Below are positions 33,237 to 37,420 of a stretch of DNA of 37,420 nucleotides, one piece after another. The notes below the pieces were generated by a model, which did not search any database, had not been told where the DNA came from, and saw only the letters and a program-made list of their open reading frames with translations. The stretch comes from Octopus bimaculoides. Lineage: Eukaryota. Each line of letters opens with the position of its first letter. The first letter of the stretch is position 1. The stretch covers positions 16,760,532-16,797,951 of the forward strand of contig NC_069008.1 of assembly GCF_001194135.2 (NCBI RefSeq), read 5' to 3'. The translations under genes and the position numbers were made by a program.

Positions 33237-33295
33237 GTGTCGAAATGGTCATGGGTTTTCATCGTCTGACACTGGGCTATTACATACATACTATG

Positions 33296-33329
<34 letters not shown>

Positions 33330-33469
33330 TGGAGACTAATATTGAGCAGTGAGACTGAGTGCTCAGCACCCATATTTATAAATGTTTATATGTACACCTA
33401 CATACACATATATTGAACAATTGTGAAGATCACTTCACGTGAAACCATTGGTTGCCTTGTTAACTCACA

Positions 33470-33475
33470 AATAAA
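33470..33475 (+). terminator. Candidate polyadenylation signal of TMEM267
   Basis: First AATAAA about 235 nt after the stop; no transcript evidence. Confidence 0.35.
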
Positions 33476-33515
<40 letters not shown>

Positions 33516-34153
33516 TAAAATAGAATAATTATTCTGAAGTATTCTGTGATATTTCATTAGATAAACTCGTAACATAAGGCCTAAACTATGTGAGATGAAA
33601 TAGAATGAAAACTGACAACAAAAAAAACGGAAAAGGAAAAAAAGCAACAAAAAAGAGAAAAATATTGAAATATAAGGTAAAGCCCCAAATGTTCTGTTTC
33701 ACTTTCTTAATTTTTGTGGGGTTTAGTTTCTATTTCATCTCACCAGTTCACCTGACATTGTTTTGGCCTTATTCTACAAGTTCATCTAATGTGTGTGTGT
33801 GTGTAAGTTAAGTAAGGTTCAGATAAAAACCTTTTAAAATGCCATGCAAAGCTCCCCCACAGGTATTGGCTACCTGATGTCATCATACAGTAGAAATACA
33901 CTTGTTCCATAGTCTCTATAGAGTTTATAGAATGGAATGAACGACATTCATTATTTCAGATCACTTCAATTGTTTCAACTCGTTCTTACACCTGCAGTAC
34001 ACAGATGAAATGTTATACAAATTGTTATCTTACATTCCAGGTGTACAGTGCACCTCTTCAAGTGATAATGCATACATAAACTGATGTGTCATTCTCAACA
34101 GTCTACAGGCAAATCTAGGCATACATATATAATATATATTATATATATATATA

Positions 34154-34390
34154 TACTAGCAGTATAACCTGACCTTGTCCGGGTGTGACTTATTATGCCA
34201 TCTACGATAAGTCTTGCTAGCTGAAAATCAACTAAAAAAGAAAGCCTTACAACGAAAAAAACCCTATGATGTAAATATGTTCATAATTCAAAAGACGATG
34301 AAATTAATAGGGAAAGTCTGAAGGCTGTTTTGTGTAAAATTATTAAGCATACGTAAATTTCATCCGTCTAATTGGCTATAGAAATGCTTG
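34154..34390 (+). mobile_element. Possible non-autonomous Helitron/Helentron-type element end
   Basis: (TA)n-TACTAGCAG...ACCTGACCTTGTCCGGG resembles the ACTAG...ACCCG...GCCCGGG subterminal palindrome of such elements. Confidence 0.4.
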
Positions 34391-34604
34391 TGCAAAACAA
34401 CTTTTTGTGCTGCCCCGATTATACATAGCAGGGTAATTCCTTTTCGCAGGAGCTAGGATGGCAATTTGTGATGAAGCAATTGCTGGCGATCTGATGCTAC
34501 ACAGTTTTGCCAGAATTCTATCAGATTGGGTAGAAGATGTTGATGCACCATTTTGCATTATGTTTAAAGTAGCTTCTGGAATGTGGTGAATTGCTGCAGT
34601 CTGT

Positions 34605-34905
34605 TGCAGAAATAGGTTTTCTAATGTTTTACAGCATGAAGATGAGAGACCTGAGGTGTTCTAGAATGATAGTGTGTCAAAGAGAATTGCATGGGGATGG
34701 ATAATGGTAAACTTGCTCTTTGTGATCCTGAAAAGAAAGAGGCATGGAAGAGCTACTATGAAAGGATATTTTCAATGTGGAGAATGGAAGCAAAAAAGGG
34801 AGTCTTCCTTGTGTGAATCCAGCAGAGTGACCAGCTATCCGAGCTGACAGCAGCAATTAAAGATATGAAGACAGGGCATGCCCCTAGTCCGAAATCTATT
34901 ACTGA
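34605..34905 (+). mobile_element. RTE-clade LINE ORF2 internal fragment, frameshifted
   Basis: Pieces RFSNVLQHEDERPEVF / DNGKLALCDPEKKEAWKSYYERIF / NVEN...SLPCVNPAE*PAIR / AIKDMKTGHAPSPKSIT match the pre-RT region ending in the K(A/S)PG(P)(D/S)G(I) motif. Confidence 0.75.
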
Positions 34906-35395
34906 TGTCACACCGGGCATACAGCCTGGACCTAGTTCCCCCAGATTATTACTTGTTCCAATCCATGGCTCACTTCTTGTGCTCACAACGCTTCCTCAAC
35001 CAACAGAAGGTGGAAGCTTCAGTGAAGGAGTTCTATGCCTTAAAGCAGGGGTTTTCAAACTTTTTGACTTGCGGACCCCTTTAGATTTCAGGCTTTTGAA
35101 ATTTATACATAAATATTTGCTTAAAATAACATATATTTTTACATTTATTTATTTAACAGTATTTAACAAATAGGTTTATTGTCAATTAAAAGATTTCGAT
35201 TAAAAAACATATATAAAATCAAAGTGCCCATAAAAAGTATTTCCTGTCCATGGACCCCTTGTCTTGTCCTTGCGGACCCCCTGTAGTCCGCGGACCATAG
35301 TTTGAAAACCCCTGCCTTAAAGGACCAGAACTGGTATCAGCACGGTATCAAAGAGCTGTCAGAAAATTGGCTTCAGTCAATTCTTTGATCCCAGA
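34899..35395 (+). mobile_element. Mariner transposase C-terminal relic split by a MITE
   Basis: LLMSHRAYSLDLVPPDYYLFQSMAHFLCSQRF...EFYALK | DQNWYQHGIKELSENWLQSI matches HPPYSPDLAPSDYHLF...FFASK...GI..L.ERW. In frame once the MITE and one target-site copy are removed. Confidence 0.85.
35046..35314. mobile_element. hAT (Buster/Charlie-like) MITE, 269 bp
   Basis: Perfect 16-bp TIR CAGGGGTTTTCAAACT / AGTTTGAAAACCCCTG; perfect 8-bp TSD CCTTAAAG (35038-35045, 35315-35322) with central TA. Confidence 0.93.
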
Positions 35396-35553
35396 TGAAA
35401 AGTGGCTTTAGACAGTGCAACACAATGGCCTCTACTTTGAATGCTAGGCAGTTTTTTATTGTAAATTGACAAATGAAACAAATAAGTTACCAAAATATTT
35501 TTTACAAAGAAAGAACACTGATATCTGTTTGGAAATTTTTGAATAACAAAATA

Positions 35554-35875
35554 TTTATTCTTTACATAAACATAACAAAACATCAGTAGAGTTTGGAGGT
35601 AATTAATTATTCTTGGGTTGGTGTGATTGTAGCAGCAGTCAAAATGTTAGCTGGTCCCTGTGTGTTGCTGTCACTGTTTGTCCATTGTGGTTAGCTGCTG
35701 GTTGTGCTACTGTCTTAAGGTCTCACCTTTGCTGCCTGTTTATTGCTTTTGTGTTGTTGGTTTGAGTCAGATGCTGTTCACCGTCTTTTCGCCATCTCCC
35801 TGTAGTAGCTAAGGTGCGCTGAATACATACTGATAGTTAGGCTCAGAGAGGTACACACCAAAGATGACATTTATT
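35554..35875 (-). terminator. Candidate FBXO4 polyadenylation signals (AATAAA on the minus strand at 35870-35875, 35739-35744, 35554-35559)
   Basis: Hexamer matches in unique sequence downstream of the FBXO4 stop. Confidence 0.3.
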
Positions 35876-36436
35876 TTTGAAACAGGTTCCACAGGGAGTC
35901 TTGATTGGTCGAATGTTTTTGCGAATCACAACCATGGATATAGTGATCTGATTGTTAAATATTCCTGCTACATATTAATTCAACAAAATATACAAGTCTC
36001 TGATTTTGCATGAAGAGTTCATAGAAGCTGGCTTCATGTAATTATCAGGAAACTAATGTATTCGTGTGTGAGATATTTTTTTCTATAAACATCCAAAGGG
36101 GTGACCATATGCTCCCTTGCAGATCTCCAACACCTAAACTGAGAGCTTTCGACTTGGCACCATTTTCATGAATACAAATATTTGAGCATTTGTCAAGGGA
36201 TTTCACAGCAACAAGAGGTTGCCCAATGACTTCAAACTCCTGAACAATAAATGGAATGGTCATAATTGGATCATCTTTAATCATAAGTTTACTGGGTCAG
36301 AGCTGACTTGGAGCAAAACCACAACAAGATTCTTAAGTTTCCAGTACAAAATAATATCACAGCCATATTGTATTACTTTGAAAAGAAACAATCTGATTGG
36401 TTGTTTTCTTTGTATAATCATTGATAATCCTGCCAC

Positions 36437-36511
36437 CTATTGGCAGTTGTTGATAATCCACTCAAATCCTTTGCGATATTCGTCCATGTTACCAATAGCA
36501 CACCTGCACAC
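36437..36511 (-). CDS. FBXO4: FBXO4 terminal coding exon
   Basis: tatttccag|VCRCAIGNMDEYRKGFEWIINNCQ*, in frame with the upstream phase-0 donor. Aligns to human VQDTEAETLTGFLNGIEWIL. Too short for the ORF track. Confidence 0.82.
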   Translation of the reverse strand: MCRCAIGNMDEYRKGFEWIINNCQ

Positions 36512-36799
36512 CTGGAAATAAGACAATAATTACAATTATATGCATGTCTCAGATGAAAAGAGGCGAAAACAAAAAAAAAAGAGTTTCAGTAAAGGGGGAC
36601 AACTTTTATATAATCAGCCAATTAAGTACGAACCCTTGCGTTGTGAAATTAAATTTCATGATTATTTCAATAATGGTAAAAAAAAAAGGGATGAGAACAA
36701 CAGGACGAGTTGGAACCCTAAAAAACCAACGGCAGTATTCTTCAGAAAATGCTTGACTCCAAATAAATCCCCAAAATATAAATATAATGTTACACTTAC

Positions 36800-37011
36800 C
36801 TGCCATGGTTTGATAAGTTTGATTAATTGAAGAGAGTTGACCACTTCAAAACAGGTCATTGTGTGCGTCGATGATGTTGATGATGATGATGATGATGTGG
36901 TCACTTGTTCAGAGGAATCTTCTGGAACACAGCATAACACAAGAACTGGTGTCCGTCTGTATGAGCTTTTCTCGTTAACCATGTTAAACAACTCAGTTCC
37001 AGCCCATCGCA
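36800..37011 (-). CDS. FBXO4: FBXO4 penultimate coding exon (GTPase-like substrate-binding domain)
   Basis: ctttccgtag|TG RWAGTELFNMVNEKSSYRRTPVLVLCCVPEDSSEQVTTSSSSSSTSSTHTMTCFEVVNSLQLIKLIKPWQ|gtaagt (212 nt). Aligns to the human FBXO4 C-terminus as I recall it: ...RPLLVLSCISQGDVKRMPCFYLAHELHLNLLNHPWL. Confidence 0.85.
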
Positions 37012-37054
37012 CTACGGAAAGAGATAAAAAGCAAAGAAGTCATAATGCATGCTT

Positions 37055-37257
37055 CCCAACCCCTTCTGGTTCTGTAGTACAAATGTCTTGTTTTCATAAG
37101 TTCTCAATTAAAATCTTCCACCAAACCTTAGTCACAATTTATGTTCCTAACACTAGCTGAATGATAACGAAGTTATTTTACTAAATTCTTTGTTATGTTT
37201 AAAATTAATTGAAAGAAACACAGCATCTCAACAGAAATATAGTAACAAAAGGGTTAA
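37055..37257. mobile_element. piggyBac-type (TTAA) MITE fragments; other single ends at 1897 and 37402
   Basis: AAAGGGTTAA end at 37248-37257; TTAACCCTTT starts at 1897 and 37402. Only single ends are visible. Confidence 0.4.
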
Positions 37258-37420
37258 GAAGAAAAATAATCAGCAGAAGACATGAGATAAGGAGACCTCA
37301 ATGTGGTCACTCTATATGCTAGAAATAATAGCCTAAATTTCCTTCAATCTACATGCTTCCAACTGCTTCTGATATCCAACTGCCCAAATGTAGAAGTGCT
37401 TTTAACCCTTTCAATACCAA

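Noticed and set aside
36045-36284. 79-aa minus-strand ORF with GVGDLQGSIWSPL, reminiscent of the RT motif GV.QGS.LSP
   Set aside because: No flanking RT motifs (no YADD/FADD), and adjacent frames are full of stops. It lies just downstream of the FBXO4 stop and is best read as 3' UTR.
36437-36511. Initial reading as an Arf/ARL15/Sar1-like C-terminus
   Set aside because: The in-frame upstream exon matches FBXO4 much better; FBXO4 has a GTPase-like fold, which explains the resemblance.

Overview
Draft-assembly eukaryotic DNA with 10 N-gaps, rich in microsatellites and SINEs. The repeat families look like a coleoid cephalopod, most likely Octopus; this is recognition from memory, not a database search. 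Four spliced genes are supported by protein similarity plus GT-AG boundaries. (1) Smad2/3 first coding exon, minus strand, 8903-9105; the rest lies off-window or in gaps. (2) PIGB (GPI mannosyltransferase 3), minus strand, six visible exons between 14113 and 20010; its 5' and 3' exons are lost in gaps. (3) TMEM267, plus strand, complete CDS in two exons, 28985-33236. (4) The last two coding exons of FBXO4, minus strand, 36437-37011. Most of the remainder is tRNA-derived SINEs, 5'-truncated RTE LINE ends, mariner/hAT/piggyBac-type MITEs, a Penelope-like relic and simple or minisatellite repeats. Nearly all long ORFs in the supplied track are low-complexity or N-spanning artefacts. The most interesting observations are: possible ancient linkage of the four genes; the PIGB/TMEM267 head-to-head pair; recurrent SINE/RTE composites; an 86-bp Pol III B-box array; a three-layer nested transposon; and unusual structure around the Smad2/3 start. 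No clearly new biological system is proven by the sequence alone.
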